DNA of 64,000 nucleotides. It comes from Thermoanaerobaculia bacterium (lineage in GTDB: Bacteria > Acidobacteriota > Thermoanaerobaculia > Multivoradales > UBA5704). Numbering within the stretch: position 1 is the stretch's first letter; the number at the start of each line of letters is the position of its first letter. The position numbers and the translations under genes were made by a program. Under the pieces are notes generated by a model. That model made no database searches, was not told where the DNA came from, and saw nothing but the letters and a program-made list of their open reading frames with translations. Shown one piece after another: positions 1 to 8,569 of this stretch. Location of the stretch: contig JBIOVX010000157.1 of the NCBI GenBank assembly GCA_044868005.1, positions 8,257 to 72,256 of the forward strand, given 5' to 3'.

Positions 1-843
1 TTCTTCTGCTCGCGAACATAGGCATCGAGAAAATCGTGATAGGCGCGCACCTGCGGCTCGCCGTGCAGCTCCACCCACATCTGTATGAAGACCGACTCCG
101 AGGCGTGCAGGCGCTCGACGAAAGTGGGATTGCCTTCCAGCGACTTCCAACCGTCGAAGCCGCCGGCCGTCCTGATCTCCATGGGTTCGATCCAGTTGAA
201 CGGCATGAAGACCCGCTCCGGCTCGGACAAGGCGTTGCCGGTCATGTCATAGAAGCGGACCCTGGGGCGCCACGGCGCGAGCACGCCGACGATGCGAAAT
301 TCGCGGTCGACCAGACGGATCGACCGGCCGACGCTGTTGGCGCCGCCGAACAACCGGTCGTTGAGCTCCGAGCTGATCACCACGACGGCTTCGGGCTTGG
401 CATCGGCGGCGCGGTCCCAGCCGGAGCCGAAACGGAAGGGCACGTCGAACATGGGAAAGAAGTCGCTGAAGGCCATGCGCACCGGCTCCTGCGACGCCCG
501 GATGTTGCGATCCTGCGGATACAGCGCCAGCGCCGCCCGATAGGTCGCCGTCTGGCGCGCCGGGATGCGGCTCTTCATGATCTCCCGCATATCGCGATAG
601 GTGATCTTCGGCGGAATGCCGGTGGGGTCCGGGTGGGGCGCCGTGGGGTCCCAGGAATCCATGCGGACGTAATAGAGGACGTCGCTCTGCCCCGGCACCG
701 GATCCTGCGCCAGCACGTGATAGACCGTGATGAAGGCCGTGGACACGCCGACGCCGAGGGCGATGCCGGCGACGATCAGCAGCGACAGCACCGGATGGCG
801 GCGCAGGCTCTTCCAGGCCAGGCGAACGTTGTAGAGCAGCATG
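1..843 (-). CDS. ABC transporter permease, MacB/FtsX-like (N-terminal part only; the gene runs off the window start)
   Basis: My own minus-strand translation from the ATG at 843 gives MLLYNVRLAWKSLRRHPVLSLLIVAGIALGVGVSTAF... This is an N-terminal TM helix followed by a MacB-type periplasmic domain (VVVISSELNDRLFGGANSVGRSIRLVDREFRIVGVL). It starts 10 nt after the ATPase stop. It is missing from the ORF track because it is open at the window edge. Confidence 0.8.
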
Positions 844-853
844 GTCGTCCTCC

Positions 854-1588
854 TCAGCCGGCCTGCGCGGCGGCCTGGCGCGCCTCGCCGTTGAGACGGT
901 TCAAGGGCATCGGCGTGATGCGTTCGAGGTCCACCAGCCGGCCGTCGGCGATGTGCAGGCGGCGGTGCGCGCGGGCCGCGTACTCCGGGTTGTGGGTGAC
1001 CATGACGATGGTGGTGCCGCCGCGGTTGATCTCCTCCAGCAGGTCCATGATCTCGCGCGCCATGCCGGAGTCGAGGTTGCCCGTCGGCTCGTCGGCGAGG
1101 ATCAGCTTGGGATCGCCGGCGAGGACGCGCGCGATGGCCACCCGCTGCTGCTGGCCGCCGGAGAGCTGCGACGGCAGGTGGCGCAGCCGCGAGCTGAGCC
1201 CCACCTGCGCCACGGCGCGCTCGATGCGCTCGCGCCGCTCCTTCGCCGCCAGGCGCCGGTAGCGCAGCGGCACGTCGACGTTGTCGAACACATCGAGATC
1301 CGGGATCAGGTTGAAGCTCTGGAAGATGAAGCCGATCTTCTCGTTGCGGATGCGCGACATCTCGCGGTCGGTGAGGCGGCTGACGTCGAGCCCGTCGAGC
1401 CGGTAGGTGCCCTCGTCGAAGGCGTCGAGCAGGCCGGCGACGTTGAGGAACGTCGTCTTGCCCGAGCCCGAGGGACCGGTGATGGTGACGAACTCCCCTT
1501 CCTCGACCTGCAGCGAGAAGTCGCGGAGGGCCCGTGTCTCCACCAGGCCGGTGCGGTAGATCTTGGTGACGCCGTCCATCTTCAGCAT
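854..1588 (-). CDS. ABC transporter ATP-binding protein (MacB/LolD-like)
   Basis: The 244-aa ORF has Walker A GPSGSGKTT, ABC signature LSGGQQQRV and Walker B LILADEPTGNLD. Confidence 0.95.
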   Translation of the reverse strand: MLKMDGVTKIYRTGLVETRALRDFSLQVEEGEFVTITGPSGSGKTTFLNVAGLLDAFDEGTYRLDGLDVSRLTDREMSRIRNEKIGFIFQSFNLIPDLDVFDNVDVPLRYRRLAAKERRERIERAVAQVGLSSRLRHLPSQLSGGQQQRVAIARVLAGDPKLILADEPTGNLDSGMAREIMDLLEEINRGGTTIVMVTHNPEYAARAHRRLHIADGRLVDLERITPMPLNRLNGEARQAAAQAG

Positions 1589-1603
1589 GCTTTCTCTCCT
1601 CGG

Positions 1604-2878
1604 CTAGCGCCGCACCAGCACGGTGCGGGCGCCGTTGAACTGTGTGATTTCGGAGAGCACGACCTGCTCTCCCTCCCGCAGACCTTCCGCCACCTCCACC
1701 TCCGAGACGCTCATCGCGCCGACGCGGATCGTCCGCAGCGTAGCGAGGCCGTCCGCCAGCACGTAGATCTGCCGGCCGCCGCCGCTGTCGAGGAACGGGC
1801 CGCGCGGCACCTTGAGCACGCCGGGCCGCTTCTCCAGCAGCAGCCGCACGGGCACCCGCTGGCTCTGGCGCAGCCGCGCCGGCACCTCGCCGGTGAAGGC
1901 CACGGTCCCTTGCACCTGGCTCGACTGCACCTCGGGCGAGACGGCCGTCAGCCGGCCCGGCACGTCGCGGCCGTCGACGTTGACCACCGCTGGCGTGCCC
2001 GGCACCGCGTCCGGGGCGTAGCTCTCGGGGATCTGCACCTCCACCTCGAACTTCGAGAGGTCCACCACCGTCAGCAGCGGCGCGTTCGGCGCCACGGCGT
2101 CGCGGTCCTGCACGTCGATGGTGGCCACCAGGCCGTCGAACGGCGAGCGGATCGTCAGCTCGCCGAGCCGGCGCTCCAGCTCGGAGACCGCCAGGCGCTG
2201 GCGCTCGATCTGCCGCCGCGCGTCCTGCACCTCGAAGTCGCGCGCCTCGCGGCCGAGGCGGCTTCCCTGCTCGGCCTGCTCCAGCTCGACCTCGGCCACC
2301 CGCACGGCGTCGCGGCTGCGCTCGTGCTCGACCTCGTTGAGGAGGCCCTCGGCGCGCAGCTTCTCGGCGCGCTCGAGGTCCCGCCGCGCCGCCGCCAGGC
2401 GCACCCGCCGCAGCTTCAGCGTCTGCTCATCGCCCTGGTTCTGCTGCCGGGCGGAGAGCACGCCGCGGGCCAGCTCGGACTCCAGCGATTGCAGGCGCGA
2501 GCGCTCCTGGGCGAGCTGCGCCGCGAGCTCCGGGCTGGCGATGGTGGCGAGCACCTGCGCCGCCCGCACCGACTCGCCCGGCCTGACCGCCAGCGCGACG
2601 ATGCCCTGCGTCGGGCTGTAGAGCTTGGGATGGTTGGCCGCCACGATGCGCCCCTGCGCGGCGACGTCGCGTTCCAGGTCGCCCCGCACGACGGTCGCCA
2701 CCTGCAGGCGGGCGAGATCCACCGAGCGCTCCGCGCGCGCCCACCGCCGCACGACCGGCCAGAGGAGTGCCAACGAAATGAGCAGCACGCCGGCCAAACT
2801 GAGCAGCAGCTTGGCGCGCCGGGAGAGCCCCCGCGGCTTTTCGATCACCTGGTCCATCGAGCCCGTTTCCTGCAGCAT
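1604..2878 (-). CDS. HlyD-family periplasmic adaptor (membrane fusion protein)
   Basis: ORF 1604..2929 has an N-terminal TM segment (LLLSLAGVLLISLALLW), a long coiled-coil (AQLAQERSRLQSLESELAR...) and a C-terminal beta-rich part. The start is more likely the ATG at 2878 or 2857 than the one at 2929. The gene sits directly upstream of the ATPase and permease, so the three form an adaptor-ATPase-permease operon. Confidence 0.85.
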   Translation of the reverse strand: MLQETGSMDQVIEKPRGLSRRAKLLLSLAGVLLISLALLWPVVRRWARAERSVDLARLQVATVVRGDLERDVAAQGRIVAANHPKLYSPTQGIVALAVRPGESVRAAQVLATIASPELAAQLAQERSRLQSLESELARGVLSARQQNQGDEQTLKLRRVRLAAARRDLERAEKLRAEGLLNEVEHERSRDAVRVAEVELEQAEQGSRLGREARDFEVQDARRQIERQRLAVSELERRLGELTIRSPFDGLVATIDVQDRDAVAPNAPLLTVVDLSKFEVEVQIPESYAPDAVPGTPAVVNVDGRDVPGRLTAVSPEVQSSQVQGTVAFTGEVPARLRQSQRVPVRLLLEKRPGVLKVPRGPFLDSGGGRQIYVLADGLATLRTIRVGAMSVSEVEVAEGLREGEQVVLSEITQFNGARTVLVRR

Positions 2879-2956
2879 GACGACAGCTGTAGAGAGCAAC
2901 GCTGATGCCAGGGCCGGAGAAAACGCCAAGTGGCTGTAGATCAGTGGGTTAGGATT

Positions 2957-3024
2957 GCGGACGATCGTCCGCGATGCGCCGCGGTTGACAGGTGTCCGGC
3001 GTCAGGACGGACAGGTGTCCGGCG
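2957..3024. promoter_or_regulatory. Operator-like sites upstream of the efflux operon: a perfect 16-bp palindrome plus two copies of a 15-mer
   Basis: GCGGACGATCGTCCGC at 2957..2972 is a perfect palindrome. GACAGGTGTCCGGCG occurs at 2987..3001 and again at 3010..3024, and each copy contains the inverted repeat GACA-nn-TGTC. All three lie in the 190-bp gap upstream of the HlyD-like gene. Confidence 0.3.
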
Positions 3025-3069
3025 AAAGATGGCGCCGTTCGACCTTGACCGGCGTCATCTTGCGCGGAT

Positions 3070-3104
3070 AAAAAGATGGGCGCCCCGAGGGAGTCGGAGC
3101 GCCC
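3070..3104 (-). terminator. Rho-independent terminator after the PRC-barrel gene
   Basis: On the minus strand, GGGCGC..CCGA..TCGG..GCGCCC forms a GC-rich hairpin followed by ATCTTTTT. It begins 18 nt after the stop codon at 3122. Confidence 0.6.
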
Positions 3105-3121
3105 ACGTGGAGGACGTCGCC

Positions 3122-3736
3122 TCAGAGGAGGCGGCGCCGCCTGCGGCGAGGAGCGTAGAAACGCTCCTCGTCATAAAGCTCGCCGGAGTAGTAGTCGCGC
3201 TCGGCGGCCGGCGTATCGTGGTGGCCGAAGTGCCGCCGCAGGCCGGACTCGTACTCGCGGCTGAACGCCTTGTGGTCATAGGCCGGCAGGACGACGACGT
3301 CTTGCGCGTCGAAGCCCTCCAGGCGAACCCGGTCGTGGTCCTCGTCCAAGGTGGCCATACCGATGGGGACCAGCACGTGGTGCTCCGCTGCGCGGCGGTC
3401 GCCGGGATCGAGCACCGGACCAGCGCCCGCCATCCCGGGCGCGGCGTGCGCGCCGACCACGCCGGCCGTCCCCGGCACCACCGGAGCGTTGGCGAGGAGG
3501 TCGTTGTCGAGATCCACGTCCAGATAGCGGGCTCGCATGGCCACGGTGTCCACCAGCAGGTCGTGGACCTCGCCGATCGCGCGGCCGTCGCGGCCGACCA
3601 CCTGCCAGCCGCGGACGTCCGGATCGTCGCTGGCCACCTTGTAGTCCTTCAGCTCCTTGAGCGGTGCGACCTGGGATGCGGCGGGCTCCAGGGTCGCCGT
3701 GCCCGCCGGAGCGGTTTGAACGTCGTCGTGCTTCAT
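3122..3736 (-). CDS. PRC-barrel domain protein
   Basis: The 204-aa ORF contains DVRGWQVVGRDGRAIGEVHDLLVDTVAMRARYLDVDL, which is typical of a PRC-barrel. It has a Glu/Arg/Tyr-rich C-terminal tail. Confidence 0.75.
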   Translation of the reverse strand: MKHDDVQTAPAGTATLEPAASQVAPLKELKDYKVASDDPDVRGWQVVGRDGRAIGEVHDLLVDTVAMRARYLDVDLDNDLLANAPVVPGTAGVVGAHAAPGMAGAGPVLDPGDRRAAEHHVLVPIGMATLDEDHDRVRLEGFDAQDVVVLPAYDHKAFSREYESGLRRHFGHHDTPAAERDYYSGELYDEERFYAPRRRRRRLL

Positions 3737-3751
3737 GGGCTCCTCCTCTCG

Positions 3752-3976
3752 TCAGGCGCACCGCGCCAGGGCGGGGACGGTTTCGTTGAGCTCGACGTGG
3801 AGATCTGCCGCCGAGGGGACGCTCCAGGCGAGGACCGCCACGTCCTGCGGGGCTTGCCGGCTGTCGTCGTTCCGCATGGTCAACACGGCCCAGACGAGCA
3901 GGATCAAAAGCACCAATCCGAGGAGCAGTGCCCACATGGGCAACCCCTTCTTTCTCTCGATCTTGATTTCGGCCAT
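3752..3976 (-). CDS. Small membrane protein (74 aa)
   Basis: An internal ATG at 3976 is preceded by AGGAGGTAC. The product MAEIKIERKKGLPMWALLLGLVLLILLVWAVLTM... has one clear TM helix. It lies 15 nt upstream of the PRC-barrel gene. Confidence 0.6.
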   Translation of the reverse strand: MAEIKIERKKGLPMWALLLGLVLLILLVWAVLTMRNDDSRQAPQDVAVLAWSVPSAADLHVELNETVPALARCA

Positions 3977-4097
3977 CGTCAGTACCTCCTGCGCTGGATA
4001 TTCGTTCGGCGTAGCGCCGTCGGCGCGGGGGATCGAATTCCTCGATTCGATCCTGGGGTTTGAGCGGTGCAAGGATCAGGCCGGAATCTCCCGGAAT

Positions 4098-4124
4098 GGA
4101 AAACGGCGGGCACGCAGGCCCGCC
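4098..4124 (-). terminator. Rho-independent terminator after the 4152..4682 gene
   Basis: On the minus strand, GGCGGGC-loop-GCCCGCC (7-bp stem, 4105..4124) is followed by GTTTTCC. Confidence 0.55.
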
Positions 4125-4151
4125 GCTACGAACCTCCGGCGAGACTTGCCG

Positions 4152-4682
4152 CTACTTCTTCGTAAGGTGGAAATCTTTCGACTCCACCTGCTTGCCGCCG
4201 GCGTAGAAGGACCACGAGTTCTCGAGCTTGCCGTCGCCCGCGAAGCCAATCTTGCCTTCGTGGATGTGGCCGTCCTTCGCGGGATCGAAGTTGGTGCCGC
4301 CGTCGAAGGCGAAGACCAGCGCGTCCGGCGTCGACTTCGCCGCATCGAGCTTGAAATGCGGCTGGTTGCCCGCGGAGCAGTAGTGCGTCGCCACGAGGTT
4401 GTCGCCCGCCATGTGGTACATGGTGATCATCTCGTGACTGGTCCCCGGGAACAGCGTCTCCATGACGACGTTGCCGTTGGCGCTGACCTTGTAGATCACC
4501 GGGGCTAGGAAACCCTCGCCCGCCGTGCCGTTCCACTCTCCGGCGAGACCCTTGAGCTTCTCGAAAGCCGCTTTCGGATCGACTTTGCCGCTCGGCGTCT
4601 CCCCGGCAAGCGCCGCCTGTGCCGCGAGGGCGAGGAGCATCGCCGCGGCCATTCCCATCCAGAGGATTCCTTTCCGCTTCAT
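4152..4682 (-). CDS. Secreted DUF1579-like / lipocalin-like protein
   Basis: The ATG at 4682 gives MKRKGILWMGMAAAMLLALAAQAALA, a signal peptide, followed by a 150-aa beta-rich domain. The longer track ORF (to 5261) runs antisense through the VapBC genes, so I reject it. Confidence 0.7.
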   Translation of the reverse strand: MKRKGILWMGMAAAMLLALAAQAALAGETPSGKVDPKAAFEKLKGLAGEWNGTAGEGFLAPVIYKVSANGNVVMETLFPGTSHEMITMYHMAGDNLVATHYCSAGNQPHFKLDAAKSTPDALVFAFDGGTNFDPAKDGHIHEGKIGFAGDGKLENSWSFYAGGKQVESKDFHLTKK

Positions 4683-4770
4683 CACAATCTCCTTTGCGCG
4701 TTCAATCGGTTCAAGAGGCTGTCGCGGGAGACTTCGGAGCCTCGCTTCATCTAGGATACAATCAGCGATC

Positions 4771-4968
4771 ATGGCACACGCCCGTAGAGAGACGGCAATC
4801 TCGACCAACAACTCCGAAGAGGAGTACTGTCCGAAAACACCCCTTGGCCGGCGTCTCTGGGAGATCCGGCAGCATGCGTTGAGATCCGGGGAGCCTCTGC
4901 TCGACTGGGACGGCTTGAAGCGCGAGATCGCGGAACGTCGAGGAGAAGAGCAAGGTCCCCGCCGTTGA
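4771..4968 (+). CDS. Small antitoxin partnered with the PIN toxin (VapB-like)
   Basis: The 65-aa ORF is MAHARRETAISTNN...LLDWDGLKREIAERRGEEQGPRR. Its TGA overlaps the TTG start of the downstream PIN gene (TTGA). Confidence 0.6.
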   Translation: MAHARRETAISTNNSEEEYCPKTPLGRRLWEIRQHALRSGEPLLDWDGLKREIAERRGEEQGPRR

Positions 4969-5375
4969 AGGCAACTTTTATCGATGCGGGTGTGCTGATC
5001 GCGGCGTTCCGTGGGAACACGGACGTTGCACATCGCGCCTTGGAGATCTTGGACGATCCCGACCGATCGTTCGTCTCGAGCGATTTTGTGCGCCTCGAGG
5101 TTCTTCCAAAAGCTCTCTTCCACCAACAATCGGATGAGATCGCCTTCTACGAGGCCTTCTTTCAAGAGGTCAAGCAGTGGGTTGAAACAGATTCTCTCCT
5201 CACTGAGGCTGCATTTGACTTGGCCGCTGAGCACGGTCTTGCGGCTTTGGATGCGCTCCATGCGACAGCGGCCCTACGAGCTGGAGCGGCGGAGATGATC
5301 ACCACCGAACGATCCGTCACACCGCTTCACCGCGTGAGTGGAATCAAGATCAGGACGATTCATCCGAGGGGATGA
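4965..5375 (+). CDS. vapC: PIN-domain ribonuclease toxin (VapC family)
   Basis: The 136-aa ORF begins KATFIDAGVLIAAF..., has acidic residues spaced as in PIN domains (D7, E..., D...) and a 4-nt overlap with the upstream small ORF. It uses a TTG start. Confidence 0.75.
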   Translation: MKATFIDAGVLIAAFRGNTDVAHRALEILDDPDRSFVSSDFVRLEVLPKALFHQQSDEIAFYEAFFQEVKQWVETDSLLTEAAFDLAAEHGLAALDALHATAALRAGAAEMITTERSVTPLHRVSGIKIRTIHPRG

Positions 5376-5377
5376 CG

Positions 5378-6025
5378 TTAAGGTGACTCCAGCCGCTTCC
5401 TGAAATGATCTCGCCAGCTCTTCGGTAAGGCCTCGACGCTCGCCGCCCGGCGTAACAGGCCCGGATCGGGCGCCCCCTTCCGATCGAGATACAGGTGGAC
5501 GACGTCCACGACTCTTACGGCGTTCTCGTCCTCGTGGATGCGCTCCATGGCATCGCCGGCCCCCAGCTCGCCTTCCTGGAGGACGGCGAGATAGAAGCCC
5601 GGCCGCTCGCTCTCGAGGAAACGCTCGACGACGTCCTCGCGGTCGAAGCGCATGGCCAGCTTGAAGCACGGCAGGCGCGGCTGGGTGACCACCACCTCGG
5701 CCGTGCCGATGCGGAAGCGGTCGCCGACGTGCACCTCGTCCTCCCACCAGCCTTCGGTGGTGAGGTTCTCGCCGAAGGAGCCCCAGGGCAGGTCCTCCAA
5801 CTCGAGCTCGCGCCGCCAGAACGGGTAATGCTCGGAGGGATACACATACACGGCCTTGTTGGCGCCGCCATGGACGGAGAGGTCGGCCTGGCGGTCGCCG
5901 TCGAGGTTGAGCCGGCGCAGCGCCACGCGGCCGGCGACCGGCTGCTTGAAGATGCCGCTCATGATGCGCCGGCCGTTCCACTCCACCGGCCGCGGCGTGC
6001 CGGCGTTGACCGAGACGATCTTCAT
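5378..6025 (-). CDS. MOSC domain protein (YiiM-like)
   Basis: The 215-aa ORF contains GDRQADLSVHGGANKAVYVY and TQPRLPCFKLAMRF, which includes the conserved MOSC cysteine. Confidence 0.85.
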   Translation of the reverse strand: MKIVSVNAGTPRPVEWNGRRIMSGIFKQPVAGRVALRRLNLDGDRQADLSVHGGANKAVYVYPSEHYPFWRRELELEDLPWGSFGENLTTEGWWEDEVHVGDRFRIGTAEVVVTQPRLPCFKLAMRFDREDVVERFLESERPGFYLAVLQEGELGAGDAMERIHEDENAVRVVDVVHLYLDRKGAPDPGLLRRAASVEALPKSWRDHFRKRLESP

Positions 6026-6055
6026 GGCAGGCGGGATCGTATCCCGGTTACCGCC

Positions 6056-6147
6056 TCAAGGACTTCAAGGACAGCAAGGACGCCAAGGACTTCAAGGACG
6101 GTTTCCCTTGTCCTTGGTGTCCTTGAGTGTCCTTGGTGTCCTTTTTT
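6056..6147. repeat. Long imperfect hairpin built from 9-nt-periodic CAAGGAC / GTCCTTG units and ending in T6
   Basis: Five CAAGGACnn units (6056..6100) face four GTCCTTGnn units (6110..6141), then TTTTTT follows. The predicted structure is 7-bp helices separated by 2x2 internal loops. Confidence 0.7.
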
Positions 6148-6156
6148 CGGCCCCCG

Positions 6157-6669
6157 CTACGCCTTCGCGCCCTTGGCCACCAGCATCTCCACGATCGCAT
6201 CCTGCTGGCCCGCCTTGGCGTGGCGGATCAGCGGGATGCCGTGCGGCCCCTTGAGATCGACCACCTTGGGATCGTCCGCCAGGAAGGCCTTCACGATCTC
6301 GACCTTCCCCATCATTGTGGCGCAGAAGACGTCCATGCGCGCGCCGTGAGCGAGCAGGAACTCGGCGATGGGTTTGTTGCCCATGTGCGAAGCGCCGCCG
6401 AGAGCGGTCTCCCAGTCGCCGCCGCCCCAGTCCCAGGTGGCATTGATGAGGGCCGGCTGCTGCTCCAGCAGCTCGCGGGTGCGGTCGAGATTGCCGTGGC
6501 CGGCGATGACGAACTCGCGGACCATGTCGAGATCGAGGCGAGGCCCGCGGTCCGGAATGGACTTAGAAGGCGACGCAGGGGGGGTTTGAGCAGCAAGTCG
6601 TCCTCCGACGGCGGTGGCGGTGGCCATGAGCACTCCTCCTTGGATCAGTTGTCGGCGGGAAAAGGCCAT
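6157..6669 (-). CDS. Ankyrin-repeat protein with a Tat-type signal
   Basis: The N-terminus MAFSRRQLIQGGVLMATATA has a twin-arginine motif. The rest has ankyrin-like repeats (GGASHMGNKPIAEFLLAHGARMD; GIPLIRHAKAGQQDAIVEMLVAKGA). Confidence 0.75.
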   Translation of the reverse strand: MAFSRRQLIQGGVLMATATAVGGRLAAQTPPASPSKSIPDRGPRLDLDMVREFVIAGHGNLDRTRELLEQQPALINATWDWGGGDWETALGGASHMGNKPIAEFLLAHGARMDVFCATMMGKVEIVKAFLADDPKVVDLKGPHGIPLIRHAKAGQQDAIVEMLVAKGAKA

Positions 6670-6760
6670 GAGGGTTCTCCTTTCGTGACCCCATCGTAGA
6701 AGCCCGGCTGCGTCTCCGCCTCTGCCGCAAGGCCAGGTCGGCGCCTACGCCTTCCGGCCT

Positions 6761-7921
6761 ATGCCGCGGGCTCCGGCGCGGCGCTATGATCGCCGCGTCA
6801 TGATCGCCGTCGCTCCCGAGCACCTGCGGCTGCTGCGCTGGGGCGGACTCGCGGCGTGGCTCGGCGTGGGCCTGCCGATCTGGCTGCAGCTCTCGCAGAT
6901 CCAGCGGCCGGGCGCCTTCGCCGGCTGGCTCGCCGCCTGGCTCCTCTTCGCCGCCGCCTTCTGGGTTTCCTCCGGCGGCGCCGGCGGCCGGGAGTTGACG
7001 CGGCGCGAAAATCTGCTGCTGCTCGCCCTGCAGGTCGCCTGCGTCCTCGTCGTGGTCCTGCTCCTGTGCGACGGCTTCGAGGGCACGCTCCTCGTGCTCG
7101 TCGCGATGCAGCTCGCGTCGCGCGTCTCCCGCCGGACGGGTCTCCTCTGGATCGCCGTGCAGAGCCTACTGCTGGCGGTGGCCATCGGCATCCACTGGAC
7201 GCCGCGATCAGCGCTGCTGCTGGTGCCGCCTTACCTCGGTTTTCAGGTTCTCGCCCTCCTGGTCTTCGCGGCGCTGGAGGAGCTGGCGCGCACCAACGCC
7301 GAGCTGCGCTCCGCCCGCGAGTTGCTGGCCCACGGCAGCCGCGTCGCCGAGCGGCTGCGCATCGCACGCGAGTTGCACGACGCCGTGGGGCATCGCCTGG
7401 TGGCGCTCTCCTTGAACCTCGAGCTGGCCTCGCATCACACGGAGAAAGAGGCCCGGGAGCCCATCGACACCGCGCAGTCGCTCACCCGCCTGCTGCTGAC
7501 GGACATCGGCGAGATCGTGGACACCCTGGGCCGCGCCGAACGGCTCGACCTGCGGCGGGCGCTGGAGGCGATGACGGGCGAGATCCCGCGGCCGCGCGTC
7601 CACCTGCGGATCGCCGAAGACCTGGAGGTGCAGGACGCCGAGCTGGCCCACCTGCTGCTGCGCTGCTGCCAGGAGATCGTCACCAACGCCGCCAAGCACG
7701 CCGCGGCGGAGAACCTCTGGCTCGATGTGCTGCAGGAGGACGGCTTGATCGAGGTGCGGGCGCGCGACGACGGCCGCGGCGCCGGCGAGATCGCCGCCGG
7801 CCATGGGCTCGCCGGCATGCGCGACCGCCTGGAGAGCGCCGGCGGGCGGCTGGAGGTGGCGACGCGGCCCGGCATGGGCTTCGCCGTCGCAGCGCTGGTG
7901 CCGGTGCGGAGAGGGGCGTGA
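6761..7921 (+). CDS. Sensor histidine kinase (HisKA_3 / NarX-DesK type)
   Basis: The protein has several N-terminal TM helices, an H-box ARELHDAVGHRLVAL, and an ATPase region with NAAKHA...DDGRG...GHGLAGMRDRL. The start is uncertain; an alternative ATG lies near 6800. Confidence 0.85.
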   Translation: MPRAPARRYDRRVMIAVAPEHLRLLRWGGLAAWLGVGLPIWLQLSQIQRPGAFAGWLAAWLLFAAAFWVSSGGAGGRELTRRENLLLLALQVACVLVVVLLLCDGFEGTLLVLVAMQLASRVSRRTGLLWIAVQSLLLAVAIGIHWTPRSALLLVPPYLGFQVLALLVFAALEELARTNAELRSARELLAHGSRVAERLRIARELHDAVGHRLVALSLNLELASHHTEKEAREPIDTAQSLTRLLLTDIGEIVDTLGRAERLDLRRALEAMTGEIPRPRVHLRIAEDLEVQDAELAHLLLRCCQEIVTNAAKHAAAENLWLDVLQEDGLIEVRARDDGRGAGEIAAGHGLAGMRDRLESAGGRLEVATRPGMGFAVAALVPVRRGA

Positions 7922-8559
7922 GGGTCCTCCTCGTCGACGACGAAACCCTCGTTCGCCAAGGCATCCGTAAGCTGCTGGAGCTCGATCCGCGCATCGAGAT
8001 CGCCGCCGAGGCCGGCGACGGCGAAGAGGCCCTGCGCCTCATCGCGGCCACGCGGCCGGACGTGGTGCTGCTCGACGTGCGGATGCCGACGCTGGATGGC
8101 CTCGGCGTCCTGCGCGCCCTGCAGGAGAAGCCGGACGCGCCGCCCTGCCTCGTGCTCACCACCTTCGACGACCGGGTCCTGATCCTGGAAGCCATCCGCG
8201 AAGGCGCCAAGGGCTTCCTGCGCAAGGACGTCTCCCTGGCGCAACTCGTCGAGGCCATCGAGACGCTCGCCGCCGGCCGCACCTTCCTGCAGCCGGCGGT
8301 CACGGAATCGCTGATGAAGGGGATGGACTCGCGTCCGCCTCTCGCCGCGCCGGCCCTCGCCATGGTGGAGCCCCTGACGCCGCGCGAGACGGAAGTGCTG
8401 CGCCTGATGGCCGCCGGCTATTCCAACCGCGAGATCGCCGAAGCCCTCCGTGCCGCCGAAGGCACGGTGAAGATCCACGTCTCCAACATTCTCTCCAAGC
8501 TCGGTACGCGAGACCGCACGCAGGCGGTGCTGCGGTCGCTCGAGCTGCGGTTGTTGTAA
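7918..8559 (+). CDS. Response regulator, NarL/FixJ (LuxR-type HTH) family
   Basis: A GTG at 7918 overlaps the kinase stop. The receiver domain reads VRVLLVDDETLV...VVLLDVRMPTLDG and the C-terminal HTH reads LTPRETEVLRLMAAGYSNREIA...TVKIHVSNILSKLG. The N-terminal 350 aa of track ORF 6856..8559 is an out-of-frame shadow of the kinase gene. Confidence 0.9.
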   Translation: MRVLLVDDETLVRQGIRKLLELDPRIEIAAEAGDGEEALRLIAATRPDVVLLDVRMPTLDGLGVLRALQEKPDAPPCLVLTTFDDRVLILEAIREGAKGFLRKDVSLAQLVEAIETLAAGRTFLQPAVTESLMKGMDSRPPLAAPALAMVEPLTPRETEVLRLMAAGYSNREIAEALRAAEGTVKIHVSNILSKLGTRDRTQAVLRSLELRLL

Positions 8560-8569
8560 GAAAGGCCTC

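Noticed and set aside
36-1262. A 408-aa plus-strand ORF at the window start.
   Set aside because: The minus strand here encodes a well-formed MacB/FtsX-type permease N-terminus and the ABC ATPase. The plus-strand product has shadow-ORF composition.
2985-2990. A perfect TTGACA on the plus strand upstream of the 2930..4063 ORF.
   Set aside because: The plus-strand ORF is a shadow of the PRC-barrel and neighbouring minus-strand genes. The hexamer is part of the first GACAGGTGTCCGGCG repeat, so I counted it with the operator-like sites instead.
4030-4075. A TTCGATCC-containing stretch that superficially resembles a tRNA T-arm.
   Set aside because: I could not fold any acceptor, D or anticodon arm around it. 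It is intergenic sequence upstream of the small membrane-protein gene.
4152-5261. The full 369-aa track ORF as the real gene.
   Set aside because: Only the last 176 codons (from the ATG at 4682) form a signal peptide plus domain. The upstream 190 codons run antisense across the VapB/VapC genes and look non-coding.
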